Of a stretch of DNA of 64,000 nt, positions 37,481-51,020 are shown piece by piece. The stretch comes from Mobula hypostoma (lineage: Eukaryota). Position numbers and translations under genes: made by a program. Where the stretch lies: assembly GCF_963921235.1 (NCBI RefSeq), contig NC_086101.1, positions 7,628,001 through 7,692,000 on the forward strand. Reading direction: 5' to 3'. Every line of letters begins with the position of its first letter. The first letter of the stretch is position 1. The notes beneath the pieces were generated by a model. It had not been told where the DNA came from, did no database searches, and worked only from the letters and a program-made list of their open reading frames with translations.

Positions 37481-38759
37481 GATCTTTGCTCCCTACCATT
37501 TATCCAGTGAATAATGTCTGCTTCTTCCACTGCTTCGAACGACGTCAAGGAGGTTGGAGCTGGCGAGATCCTATCCCCGTCATCATTATGTGCCATTACA
37601 CAGTTCTCTGTCAATGTTTCATCAGGGGTATACCTCGGGCATGATCAAGGCTGAGCTACAGTGAAATAAATCACAATTAGATCATAACATGGCAAACCCA
37701 CCACGGTTCGATTCCCGACGCGGTCTGTAAAGAGTTTGTACTTCCTGCCTGTGACCGCGTGGGTTTCCTCCGGGTGCTCCAGCTTCCTCCCACAGTCCAA
37801 GGTTGTACAAGTTAGGGTGGGTGAGCTGTGGGAATGCTATGCTGGTAAAGGAAACATGGTGGCACTTGTAGTCTGCCCGGCACAAACCTCACTGGTTTGA
37901 TTTCATTCAAGCAACACATTTCACTGTATGTTTCCGTGACAAATAAAACAAACCTTCAATTTTTCTTTACAACTGAAATGCACCTAGTGAAGTTGGATCA
38001 CCAGGCCAATTCAGATTCATTAATTTATCACATGTACGTCAAGACATCCTGTGAAATGTGTCGTTTGCATCAATGACTAACACAACCTTTGGATGGGCTG
38101 GGGGCACCCGCGACATGGGCAGGAGGCATTTTCAACACACGGAAGGTCATTCTGGTTCGGTAGTTTCATCTTATTTTAAAGTTCAAAGCAAATTTATTAC
38201 AATGTACATCCATGTCACCACATACAACCCTGAGATTCATTTCTTGTGGGCATACTCAATATGTCTATAGAATATTAACTACAACAGAATCAATAGACAA
38301 TAGACAATACAATAGGTGCAGGAGTAGGCCATTCAGCCCTTCGAGCCAGCACCGCCATTCACTGTGATCATGGCTGATCATCCACTATCAGTACCCCGTT
38401 CCTGCCCTATCCCCATAACTTTTGAATCAATGGAAGACTGCTGAACTTGGGCGTTCAACCAGAGTGCAGAAGACAACAAACTGTGCAAGTGCAAACAGAA
38501 AGAAATCATAATAATATGCAACTAAGCAAAAAATACTGAGAACATGAGATGAAGGGTCCTTGAATACCCGTCCATAGGTTGGCAGGAACATTTCGATGAG
38601 AGGGCATGTGAACTTGAGTGGTGTTATCCCCTTTGATTCATGAGCCTGATGGTTGAGTGGTAATAACTGTTCCTAAACCTGGTGGTGTGCGTCCTGAGGC
38701 TCCTGTACCTTCTCTTCCTGAAGGCAGCAGTGAGAAGTTATGAAACTTGCTTAAGGACT

Positions 38760-39152
38760 TGGATGGCATCCGTTAACCTCGCGAGACCATGGATCTGTGC
38801 CTGGAAAGTCTTGCTTCAGTCTCTCCAGGGCGCAGGCCTGGGCGAGGTTGTATGGAAGACCAACAGTTGCCCAAGCAGCAAGTCTCCCCTCTCCACGACA
38901 CCAACGTTGTCCAAGGGAAGGGCAAGGTTCCAATACAGCTTGGCACCAGTGTTGTCGCAGGAGTTGCCAGAGCGAGGTTGAAGGTAATGTCGGACTGCCT
39001 TAGGGACTCCAGCTCTGGATTTGTCCTCAGGGTTTACTCCCAAAGCCTTTCCCGTGAGTGGGTATGGCCTCAAGGCAGCGGAGGTTTGAAATTAGAGTTT
39101 TCCCTCTCTTAGATGGACTGCCTTCCCAGGCCGACGAGCTCCATCTACCCGA
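38760..39152 (-). mobile_element. Short element sharing its 3' half with the CORE-SINEs but lacking their tRNA head (possibly RTE 5'UTR-derived)
   Basis: ~38763-38960 aligns with 3935-4120; the remainder is unrelated to the SINE head; possible aggactt duplication at the ends. Confidence 0.55.
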
Positions 39153-40689
39153 ACTTAGGACTTAAACCATACAGATAAAAGAAACAATAAGAGATGCTGC
39201 AGATACTGGAAACCCAGAGTAAAACAGAAAATGCTGGAGGACCTCAGCAGGTCCAGCAACTTCTATAGAGAGGAATAAACAGTTAACGTTTCGGGCCAAG
39301 ACCCTTCATCCAGTCCATTCCCCTCAAGATGCTGCTTTGCCACTGAGTTTGTCCAGCTGATTCTTTGGACCTCGTTATCTTCTTGGACCACGAGGCATCT
39401 GGATCTGTGGACGGGTTACTACCTGGTGTTGCAACACTATTGATGTCTTTGACACAGAGATGATATTGGAGTCAGTCAAACCAGTCCAAAGATGAACATG
39501 TTATAAGCCGTTGGCATGCTACGTTGGTCCCATAGTGTCACTTGCCGACTGCCCCCAGCACATCCTCAGACTGTGTTGGCTGTTGAGACAAACAACGAAT
39601 TTCACAGTATATTTAAATAAAGTTAAACGTTAATCTTTATCTTTAGATTCCCAAATCCAATTCATTTACAGAGGCTCTTGGAATGTGGAATGGAACATCT
39701 TTGGAATATTAGATTAGATTAGATTAGATTCAACTTTAAAGTCATTGTGCCGAGTACAGATACAAAGCTAATGAAATGCACCTAGCATCTGACCAGACAT
39801 GCAAAGAATAGTGTTATTTACAAAATAACTGCCAATAAAAAAAGTGCTACAGCACACAGATATAAAAGTACTGAGACAGTACAATACGGATGCAATACTG
39901 CTTAGCGCTGTGATGAGAGGTTCAGCAGTATGCTCATGGCCTTTAAAGTATTCTCATGAATCACATAAGCAGGGTTAAAAATTACATCATATTGCTCCAG
40001 TGAACCAGTGTCTAATTCACAAAAGTCTGCTTCTCCACTCTCATCATGAGCACTGATACAGCAGACTGAGTTTCAGGATGCGTTCAAGTTTGAGCGAAAA
40101 ATCACATGAGCTGTGCATAAATTGTCACGCCATATGGGGAAATTTCTCAGCCACAGTTTTCTTCTTAAACAGCACTTCTTGTTTAAACATGAAACCGGTA
40201 AAGATAGAACAAATATTTCAAGTATGCAAAGAGACTTCCTCTTTATGAAATCATACCCCGACTTACAGAGAAGCAAACAGCAAAGAAAGTGCACTGCTTA
40301 ATACAGATCTCTAATCACCAACTTTCAACAGCCTTTAGGCTGCTCACAAGGTAACTGTCTATTAACAACACAAAGTGAAGCATTAATTGTGTGAAATTCA
40401 TCAGTCTTGAGTTGCCTGTCTGTCAAGATTATTCACAGGAATTGCTGACACAGGCAAATACATCAGGGCCACTTAAATAAGTCTTGGATAATAGAAAAAT
40501 GGAAGGCAATGTGGGAGAGAAGGGTTAGATTGATCTTAGAGTAGGTTAGAGTGCGGAGACGACTCAATGGGCCAAATGGCCCAATTCTGATCCTACATCT
40601 TATGATCTTAAAAGGTCAGTACAACATCACGGACTGAAGGACCTGTATTGTGCTATAATGCTCTATGTTCTGTTATATATTCTGAAATA

Positions 40690-41320
40690 CAAGTAGTTAA
40701 GAAAGCTTATGGGGTGTTAGCTTTCATAAGTCGAGGGACAGAGTTTAAGAGTCGCGAGGTAATGATACAGCTCTATAAAACTCTGGTTAGGCCACACTTG
40801 GAGTACTGTGTCCAGTTCTGGTCACCTCACTATAGGAAGGATGTGGAAGCATTGGAAAGGGTACAGAGGAGATTTACCAGGATGCTGCCTGGTTTAGAGA
40901 GTATGCATTATGATCAGAGATTAAGGGAGCTAGGGCTTTACTCTTTGGAGAGAAGGAGGATAAGAGGAGACATGATAGAGGTATAAAAGATATTAAGAGA
41001 AATAGATAGAGTGGACAGCCAGTGCCTCTTCCCCAGGGCACCACTGCTCAGTACAAGAGGACATGGCTTTACGGTAAGGGGTGGGAAGTTCAAGGGGGAT
41101 ATTAGAGGAAGGGTTTTTACTCAGAGAGTGGTTGGTGCATGGAATGCACTGCCTGAGTCAGTGGTGGAGACAGATACACTAGTGAAATTTAAGAGACTAC
41201 TAGACAGGTATATGGAGGAATTTAAGGTGGGGGGTTATCTGGGAGGTAGGGTTTGAGGGTTGGCACAACATTGTGGGCCGAAGGGCCTGTACTGTGCTGT
41301 ACTATTCAATGTTCTATGTT
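40690..41320 (+). mobile_element. CR1 3' fragment
   Basis: [38 protein letters not shown]...FTQRVVGAWNALP. Confidence 0.9.
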
Positions 41321-42284
41321 CCATGAAAGAAGACAACAACAGCAAAACTAGTCCCTTTAATACGCTACCACCCGCCCAGCCTCTCTCACACACAGACAGG
41401 CCACCACCAGGCCTCCAGCTGCTGGCCCCAGACTCTCAGCCATCTGCCTCCAACCATTCACAAATCATATACTATACTGATGAAACAGGAAAACAATCAC
41501 AGCACCCCAACTGCAGTAAAGCTTTGTAACCTTCAACATCTTATTAAAACTGGCATTTCTAAGCAGAAACTCAAGCAAAAAATGAGCAGGAAAATTAAAA
41601 TGGCTGGCGTGGCATTTCATGCTTTCAGTCACCTGTTGACACCTTGGTTGCTCTTTTATGAGTTTTGTCCACTCGCTCCTGAGAACTGGAGTTAGTGATC
41701 GACCGCTCAGCTCCCTACAGACCAGGAGGTCAAAGCTTCACCGTACTCTCTGCTTCTTTCTTCGAATTCACTTCCTCAGGGGCCAATGCATGCGTCAGCT
41801 AAAATTGTGACTGACAGGAAACTTTTCCGGTTGGCAGCCCTTGCATTTGAATCTCAGCTCTTTCCCAATTCCTTTCACTACTGAGTTAACCTCTCATACC
41901 TCCCTCTTTCTAGAACAGCCAACCAATCAGGAATTGCAACTGGGCATGTTAAGGATTAGCTTTATTTGTTACAGTTACATCGAAACTGACAGTGAAATGC
42001 TTCTTTTGCATTGAGAATGTACTGGGCATCCCACAAGTCTCACCAGGCTTCCAGCTTCAGTGTGGCATGCCCACATCTCACTAATCCTAACCCGTGTGTC
42101 TTTGGGATGCGAGAGGAAATAGGGGAATTTGGAGGAAGCTATGCGGTGACGCAGGGAACGTACAAACTCCTTACAGGAACTGAGCCGGAATCGCTTGCAT
42201 TGTAAAGCATTACACTAACTGCTGAACCTATAAACACAAGAGGTTCTATAAATGCTGGGAATCTAGAGCAACACTAGAGCAAAT

Positions 42285-43210
42285 GATCCAGATGATGGGG
42301 TGGTAAATTGGTTTAGTAAGTATGCAGATGATACTAAGATAGGTGGCATTGTGGACAATGGGACAATGAAGTACGTTTGTAGGTTTTCAAAGCTTGCAGA
42401 GAGATTTAGGCCAGTTAGAAGAGTGGGCTGAAGATGGCAGATAGAGTTTAATGCTGAAAAATGTGAGGTGCTACATTTTGGTAGGACTAATCAAAATAGG
42501 GCATACATGGTAAATGGTAGGGCATTGAAGAATGCTGTAGAACAGAGAGATCTAGGAATAATGGTGCATAGTTCGCTGAAGGTGAAATCTCATGTGGATA
42601 GGGTGATTGCTGGCCTTTATTAATCGGAGCATTGAGTATAAGAGTTGGGATGTAATGTTGAAATTGTATAAGGCATTGGTAAGGCAAAATTTGGAGTATT
42701 GTGTGCAGTTCTGGTCACCGAATTACAGGAACGATGTCAATAAAATTGAGTGAGTACAGAGGAGGTTTACTAAAATGTTGCCTGGGTTTCATCTCCTAAG
42801 TTAGAGAAAGGTTGAACAAGTTAGGTCTTTATTCTTTGGAGCGTAGAAGGTTGAGAGGGGACTTGATAGAGGTGTTTAAAATTATGAGGGGGATTGATAG
42901 AGTTGACGTGGATAGGCTTTTTCCATTGAGAGTGGGGGAGATTCAAACAAGAGGACATGAGTTGAGTGTTAAAGGGCAAAAGTTTAGGGGTAACATGAGG
43001 GGGAACTTTTTTACTCAGAGAGTGGTAGCTGAAGTGGTCGAGGCAGGTTCGATGTTGTCGTTTAAAGTTAAATTGGATAGATATATGGACAGGAAGGGAA
43101 TGGAGGGTTATGGACCGAGTGCAGGTCGGTGGGACTAGGTGAGGGTGGGAGTTTGGCACGGACTAGAAGGGCTGAGATGGCCTGTTTCCGTGCTGTAATT
43201 GTTATATGGT
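42285..43210 (+). mobile_element. CR1 3' fragment
   Basis: SKYADDTKIGG, LGLYSLERRRLRGDLIEVFKI; the 3' end matches the CR1 piece inside the hAT element at ~3050-3260. Confidence 0.88.
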
Positions 43211-44464
43211 TAACGCACAAAACACGAGAGGAAATCAGCAGGCCAGGCAGCACCTATGGAGAGGAATAAACAGTCGACATTTTGCACAAAGACTCACCCA
43301 GCCTTCCAAAATGTTCATACAAATCAAGTCATTGCACAACAAGTTGAGGTAGAATGAGGTAATAGTACACAGAATAAAGTGTAAAAGGTACTGACGATGA
43401 GCAGTGCAGGTAAACGCTAATGTGCTAATTCATAATGAGGTGCAGAAGTCTTAGGCAGCTTGGCTATTTTATATGGTTTCAGATGGTCTGGCCTCCACAG
43501 GGCCCTGAACTCAGCATCTTCAAGGCTACCTGAGGTTACCTGGAGAGACAGAAGCAAGCAAGACAGCCAAGGTCTGCTGAAGAACTGTGACAAGTTCTTC
43601 AAGATGCTTGGAACAACGTATCAGCTGATTTTCTTATCTAATTACACGACAGTGTACTTCAGAGAATTGTTGCAGTTTCACGCACCAAATATTGATTTTT
43701 GTTTTAGTGTTGACTGCTCTTTACAGTCATTGTTCTTGATTACAGAAACTCATTTCCTTATTTTGAAAGCATCTTTGCTTTGCAGAATTCTTTTGCATAT
43801 GCCTCAGACTTTTGCACTGTACTGTAGAATGTGAAGCTGGGAATTCCTCTCATTGTACAAGTGATCGGTGCAGTAGACCATGGAAGAATGGGAAGAAGAT
43901 GAGGAACTGGAGGAAGAACGGTGAAGATGATGGGCAGGTGAGGGGAAAGAAAAGAGGAACCACAGAGATAGGGAAAACATTGGAGTGTTGGGGGAAGAAA
44001 CAGAGGATGGTGCTTACCAGATGTTAAGAGTCAGATTATCTATCTTCTATGTAGCCACTGATTCTCATATTTAACTTGACTATGCCTCTTCTCACCCTAT
44101 CATCACAAGGATGCTACTCTCTTCTCTCAGTTCCTGCATCGCTGTCTCAGTCGTTCTCATGATGAGGCTTTGCATTCCAGGACATCTGAGATGTCCTCCT
44201 TTCCCAGAAAACGGGCTTTCCCCTGCTATTAATGTAACTCTCAACCCTACCTCCTCCATTTCCTACATGTCACCCCTCACCCTCGACAGAACAGCGGTAG
44301 GGGTCGCTTTCGAGCATGATAACATCCGATGGCAGGGCTGAGGATCAAATTAGAAAAAGGATTGGGATTAGGAAATGCACATTTGAGCAAGGTACTAAAG
44401 AATAATAATTTCTCTGGGTACGGAACTCAGAGTGTGGTGGGGCTACGTTCATTCCACACTCACA

Positions 44465-44960
44465 CACGGAAGTGAATGTTGGGCAATATCAAAGCACAAC
44501 GAGGGAAGGCTTGACGCTGCTGGAATGAGGTTTTTGAAAAGAATGATGAAAATATCGTGGAAGGACAGAGTAACAAATGAGGAAGTGAATCAGAATCTGA
44601 ATCAGATTTAATATCACTGGCATATATTGTGAAATTTGCTAACTTTGTGGCAGCAGTACAATGCAATACAAGATAATATGGGGGGAGATATGAATTACAG
44701 TATATGAACAAAAATAGCTAAAATAAATAAGTAATGATAAAAAAGTTGTGAAAAGCTGGAACTTCTGGTATATGTAATGAAGGAGGAGGAGCACACCTTG
44801 CAGTGACGGGAAAAATTAATGGAAGAAAAAGTCGCAGTCGACAGCATACGGTATTCATGAGTTACATAAAGGGAAGGACAGGCAAAAGTTTTGAAAAGCT
44901 TATTAGAGTTTCTCAGATTAAAGAAAGTTGGAAGACTATCTACATCAATTGTCAATGTAC
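44465..44960 (+). mobile_element. RTE-clade LINE RT C-terminal remnant with a nested Rex-type tail
   Basis: KRMMKISWKDRVTNEEV and LAVTGKINGRKSRSRQ motifs. Confidence 0.6.
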
Positions 44961-47894
44961 AAACGTACATAATGATGATGATAGTATCTGCCACCTGATA
45001 TCCCAAAGCATTTTGCCAATTAAATCCTGGGAAGTTTCGAGGCTAAACTCCAGTCTCCAGCTAAGGGGATCATCACTTAACCAAAACCAAACAAAGTCTG
45101 TTTACAATCCTGAGCTGCAAGAGATGGCAGCTGATGGAAATCTGAAACAACACACAAGGGAGCTGGAGGAAATCAGCACCTAGGCAGCATCAGGAGCAGA
45201 ATCAGAATCAGGTTTAACATCACTCTCAAATATCATGAAGTTTGTTGTTTTGTGAAGGCAGTACATAAAACACTATTAATTACAAGAAGAAATACATTTT
45301 TAAAAATTAACGAAGTAGTGGAAGAGATTAAAAAGAGTGAGGCAGTGTTCATAGTTTAGTTCATTGTCCGTTCAGAAGTCTGAAGGCAGAGGGGAAGAAG
45401 CCGTTCCTAAAACATGAGAGCGTGGGTCTTCAGGCCCTAATGGCAGCAGTAAGAAAAGGACACGTCCTGGGTGACCACAAACCAGAGAAAATCTGCAGGT
45501 GCTGGAAATCCGAGCAGCACACGCAAAATGCTGAAGGAACTCAGCAGGCCCTGGAGAGAGAACCACCGGGTGATAGGTGAAACCTGGAGGGGGAGGGATG
45601 AAGCAAGGAGCTGGGAAGTTGATTGGGAAGCTTAGAAGCCTCCCTCTGGTGCTCCTACCCACCCCCCTTTCTTTCTTCATGACCTTCTGTCTCTTTCATC
45701 AATCAATGTCCCAGCTTCTTTCTTCCTCCCTTCCCCTCTAGGTTTCATCTATCACCTTGAGCTTTTCTCTCCCCTCCCCCCACCTTTTAAGTCGACTCCT
45801 CAGCATTTTTTCTCCAGTCCTGCCGAAGGGCTTCAGCCCGAAACGTCGACTTCTTTTCCATAGACGCTGCCTGGCCTGCAGAGTTCCTCCAGCATTTTGT
45901 GTGTGATGATGGATATCACCATGCTGAAGCATCACCTTTTGGAAATGTCCTCAATGGTGGGGAGGTCTGTGCCCATGATGGAAGTGGCTGAGTCTGATCC
46001 TGTGCAGTGGCCCTTCCATACCAGACAGTGGTGTATCCAGTTAGAATGCTCTCCACAGTACATCTGTAGAAATGCGGTGCAGTACCAAGTTTCCCCAACT
46101 CCCAACGAAATACAGCCAACAGTTGTACCTTCTTTGTATTTGCATGAATAGATTGGTCCTAGGGTAGAGGTTCAGAGATGTTGACACCCAGGAACTTGAA
46201 AACTGCTCACTCTTTCTCCTGCTGATTCCTCGATGATGGCTGATGTGTGTTTCCTGGAATTCCCCTTCCTGAAGTCCACAATCAAATACTTCTTGTTTCC
46301 TGGAATTCCCCTTCCTAAAGTCCACAATCAAATACTTGGTGTTACTGAAGTCAGGACATTCCTCACGCTTCTTTGAGTGTTTACAATCTTGCCATCAAAC
46401 TGACAATCTTCACCCTTCATCTAGACCACTTATTTCCAGCTTCATTCTAATACCCAACTGAGAGTCTCCTGCCCTGGTATTTTCATGTATTTCCCCATCA
46501 AGTAATTTTGACAATGGAGTATGTGGGGTGTCCATTGAAGGGTAGCACCTCTGGTAAAGGGCTTGCTCTGTCCATTCTGGGGCAGCTCGCTCACCTTTGG
46601 GACCTCACTAGACACTCTGCTCTCAACTGTGGCTCCAAGTAGTTGTTTGCATGTGACAGCGGCTACACTCTGGTGTAAAACTTCAACAGCCAGGCTAAAC
46701 CAACTGAGGATCTCATACCCCAGTGAGAGAGCAGCATGCTTACCCTAGCACGTGAAATCAACTCTGGCCAACACGGTGAATGAGATCAACGGTGAGATCC
46801 AATGGCCATGAACACTAATGTCTTTGAACAGAAAGTCCTACAAAGGGTAGTGGGTTCGGTCCAATATGTCACAGGTAAGACCCTCCCAACCATTGAACAC
46901 TTCTACATGAAACGCTCTCCTAGGAAAGCAGCATCCATCATCAAATATCCTCACCACCCAGGTTATGCCCTTTTCTTGTGCTGCCATCAGGTAGAAGGAA
47001 CAAAAGCCTCAGGACCCACACCACCAGGATCAAGAGCAGTTACTGCCCCTCAAGATTCAGGCTCTTGGACAAGAGAGGATCACTACACTCATCAATAGAG
47101 ATGTTCCCACAACCAACGATCTCATTTTAAGGACTCTTTATCTTATATTTCATGCTCTCATTATTTCTTTCTATTTATTGATATTTGCATTTACACAATT
47201 TGTTGTCTTTTATGCTCGACTTGAACTTTCATAGATCCTGTTTCTAGTTACTGTTCTATCGATTTGCTGAGTGAGTATGCCCACACGAAAAAGAATCTCA
47301 GGGTTATGTGTGGTGACATACGTGTACTCGGATAATAAATTTTAATTTGAACTTTGTACTTTGAAGGTAGTTCTGCAATGCTCCGTGGACAGCGAAGGGC
47401 TTGAGAAGGCATGAAAGAAGTCATGATCATCCACTGGAACCAAGGAAGACTCCCGTTTGCGAAAAATACTCGTACCACTGGAGCCGGACTTCCAAGGTTG
47501 AGAGAGTGGAACTATCTTAGTGCAACAGCTTTTCCACTTGAAAAACTCTCCTGCACAGGCTGTCTGTCATTGTTGGGTAGATGGATAACCAACAATTTTG
47601 ATAACACTTCTGCGAGGTACCCAGTCACAGTACACCAAGTACCATGGTGTAGTTTACATCGACGTTATCGTGCATGACAAATCAGCCATACGAGTAACTG
47701 TCCAAGTCAATGAAATGGAACCTTTTCATAGATGGCAATGAACCAACCCTTGAACATGAGCATATATCAGTTTACAACTAACACATGAAACCTGGAAGGA
47801 AAAGTGGTTCTGCTGTGGCGAGCTGCCATTGCTGTTTTGTCAAACAGAGCAGGAAGCCAGAGGATCAGGAATGAGAGTCCATAAGCAGAAAGTT

Positions 47895-48178
47895 AAAGTT
47901 AAAGTCTGTCCCGAGCCTTATAGGCTCGTCAGACCATTGCTTATGCCAGTTTCCGTGGTGTGAAGTGACTAAGAGTACAAGACTCCTCCCTGGATAGGAG
48001 GACAGTCTATCATGAAGTTAACCCCCAGCATTTCACCAGTACTCATTTTCAGATGGGTGGACTGGAGCAGTGTGTGGTTAAGTGCCTTGCTCAAGGACAC
48101 AACATACTGCCTCAGCTGGGGCTCGAACTCACAACCTTCAGATCGCTAGTCCAATGCCTTAACCACTTGGCCACACGC
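47895..48178 (-). mobile_element. tRNA/CORE SINE with an alternative 3' tail
   Basis: 48065-48178 matches the head and CORE of 4120-4228; 47895-48064 is a different tail ending in (ttaact)n on the minus strand. Confidence 0.7.
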
Positions 48179-48790
48179 CACACAGAAGCGGAAAGGAGGA
48201 CCAGTAATCTGAGCTGGGAAAGGTAACATGAAAACAGCTTGCAAAAATCTTATTAGACTGTAGGTGTGCAAAAAGGAAAAGATGAACAGGAACTATATCA
48301 CCATCTGGTATGGAGCGGTCACTGCACAGAACTGGAAAAACCTACAGACAGTGGTGAATTCAGCCAGCTCCATGATGGCCGCTAGCCTCCGCATCATCAA
48401 GCACATCTTCAAAAGGCAAAGCCTCAAAAAGGTAGCATCTACCATTAAGGACCCCCATCACCCAGGACATGCTCTCTTCTCATTATTACCATCAGAGAGG
48501 AGACTCACACTCAACGTTTCAGGAACAGCTTCTTACGTGTTGCCAGTACATTTCCAAATGGACTATGAACTCTTGCACGTTACCTCACTATTTTTGCTCT
48601 TTTTTTTCCCTACTTATTTAATTTAGTTTTAATATATTTGTTATTGTAATTAATGATGTATCGCATTGTACTGTTGCTGCAAAACAAACGTCATGACATA
48701 TATAGTGAAAATAAACTTGATTCTGATCCACACCCCAAGAGAATGCCCGGAGAATTACATTTCCCCCTTTTCTATTTTCCAACGTGCCTA

Positions 48791-49410
48791 ACACATAAAA
48801 ATTGCTGGTGAACGCAGCAGGCCAGGCAGCATCATCTCTAGGAAGAGGTACAGTCGACGTTTCGGGCCGAGACCCTTCGTCAGGACTAACTGAAAGAAGA
48901 GCTAGTAAGAGATTTGAAAGTGAGAGGGGGAGGGGGGAGATCCGAAATGATAGGAGAAGACAGGAGGGGGAGGGACGGAGCCAAGAGCTGGACAGGTGAT
49001 TGGCAAAGGGGATATGAGAGGATCATGGGACAGGAGGCCCGGGGAGAAAGAAAGGGGGAGGGGCAAAGCCCAGAGGATGGGCAAGGGGTATAGTCAGAGG
49101 GACAGAGGGAGAAAAAGGAGAGAGAGAAAAAGAATGTGTGTATATAAATAAATAACGGATGGGGTACGAGGGGGAGGTGAGGCATTAGCGGAAGTTAGAA
49201 AAGTCAATGTTCATGCCATCAGGTTGGAGGCTACCCAGACGGAATATAAGGTGCTGTTCCTCCAACGTGAGTGTGGGTTCATCTTTACAGTAGAGGAGGC
49301 CGTGGATAGACATGTCAGAATGGGAATGGGATGTGGAATTAAAATGTGTGGCCACTGGGAGATCCTGCCTTCTCTGGCGGACAGAGTGTAGGTGTTCAGT
49401 GAAATGGTCT
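48791..49410 (-). mobile_element. Penelope-like 3' end, sister subfamily
   Basis: Colinear with 11560-12170 with diagnostic substitutions (ctctaggaagaggtac versus ctataggaagaggcgc). Confidence 0.9.
48852..48887 (-). ncRNA. Best-preserved minimal hammerhead ribozyme motif
   Basis: AGTC-CTGACGA-A-GGGT(CTCG)GCCC-GAAA-CGTC-GACT; all core nucleotides and stems intact. Confidence 0.8.
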
Positions 49411-49484
49411 CATATGCCTACTAGTTTTCATGTGTAATATGCAATAAATTCGATGATAGTTAAGGTGCTATTAACATTTTATTA

Positions 49485-50262
49485 ACATTTATCCTCGCAA
49501 GCAGAACAAGTGCTGCACCTGTCCCATACACCTCCTCCCTCACGACCATTCAGGGCCCCAAAAAGTCCTTCCAGGTGAGGCGACAATTCACCTGTGAGTC
49601 TGTTGGGGTCATATACTGTACTTGGTGCTCCCGGTGGGGCCCCATGTATATCGGTGAGACCCAGAGTAGAATGAGAGACTGCTTCACTGAGCACCTACAC
49701 TCAAACGCCAGAAAAAGCAGGATCTCCCCAGTGGCCACCCATTTTAATTCCACTTCCCATTCTGATATGTCAATCCACAGCCTCCTCCACTGTCACGATG
49801 AGGGTAGCCTCCAACGTGATGGCATGAACATCGATTTCTCAAAGTTCTAGTAATGCCCCCCCCCCACCATTCCCTGTCTCCTTTTCCCTCTCTCACCTTA
49901 TCTCCTTGCCTGCCCATCACCTCCCTCTGGTGGTTCTCCCCCCTTTTTCTTTCTTCCATGGCCCTCTGTCCTCTCCTATCAGATTTCCCCCTTCTCCAGC
50001 CCTGTATCTCATTCACAAATCAAATTCCCAGCTCTTTACTTCACCCCTCCACCTTCCCGGTTTCACCTATCACCTTGTCTTCTTCCTCCCCTCTCCGCAC
50101 TTTCTTACTCTGGCTCCTCATCATTTTTCCTCCCTTCCCCCTCCCCCAGTCCTGGTGAAGGGTCTTCCCCAAAATGCCGACTGTACTCTTTTCCATAGAT
50201 GCTGCCTGGCCTGCAGACTTCCTCCAACTTTTTGTGCGTTGCTTTGATCTCCAACATCTGCA
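49485..50262 (+). mobile_element. Older Penelope-like 3' end with a degenerate hammerhead
   Basis: FTCESVGVIYCTWCSRWGPMYIGETQSRMRDCFTEH (GIY-YIG); cagtcctggtgaagggtcttccccaaaatgccgactg near 50147. Similar old pieces lie near 45480-45905 and 51770-52440. Confidence 0.8.
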
Positions 50263-50549
50263 GAGAGTGTTATTATGCATGGTTATCGTACCACGTTGAG
50301 GGTAGAAAGCAGAATTTTGAAATTCATGAAGGGATCAACTGTATTATACCCAATTTTTCTGTCGATTCTAAGTTGAGTGCCAGCGATTTCCAAGAAAGCC
50401 AAGAAATATCAAGTAGATGAAATGAACGGGCAAGAGCATGCCAGATAACACGTAAGGTATTTATTTTTCCAGAAAAAATAGTAGAAAGGTGATTTTTTAT
50501 TTGAAATGGAGAGAGATTGGTGTTCAGTAACAGAGGTAATTGATCTTGG

Positions 50550-50651
50550 AGCAACACACATCAAAGTTGCTGGTGAACTCAGCAGGCCAGGCAGCATCTC
50601 TAGGAAATGGTGCAGTCGACGTTTCAGACCGAGACCCTTCGTCAGGACGTA
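50550..50651 (-). mobile_element. ~100-bp mini-PLE consisting of a hammerhead (50614-50648) plus tail
   Basis: 14-bp TSD gtaattgatcttgg (50536-50549, 50652-50665); minus strand GTC-CTGACGA-AGGGTCTCGGTCT-GAAA-CGTC-GAC. Confidence 0.88.
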
Positions 50652-51020
50652 GTAATTGATCTTGGCATAAGATTTAATCACGTCCTTTGTATACAACTAC
50701 AAAAAATTAACGCGAAGATACCACAAGCTAAGCTCTCAACCATATTCATTTAAAAAAGTATGACACGATTTGCACTCTGCCAGCCAACTAGGGGTTAAGG
50801 AAGACCCTAGAAATTTCACTTAATAGGCCTACGAGAGTCTTTACGACGTGATGATAGTTACATCCTGCAAGCGGTTCATTGCTTTACTGGGGAAATCCCG
50901 GCAGCTGTGTAACAACCACTATAAGGTGCAAACTCACGGCCATTTAGAGAGAGCAGTTAATGGTTATCATTGGCTATGCTTCATCCCCTCCTGAACTCCA
51001 TAGATTACAAGACCACTCAC

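Noticed and set aside
43417..43540. Strong minus-strand acceptor (ttctgtctctccag) followed by a 40-codon frame
   Set aside because: Out of phase with the inferred TMEM268 exon 1 (immediate stop), no donor and no homology.
46248..46336. ~44-bp tandem duplication
   Set aside because: Ordinary micro-duplication within a decayed Rex-type fragment.
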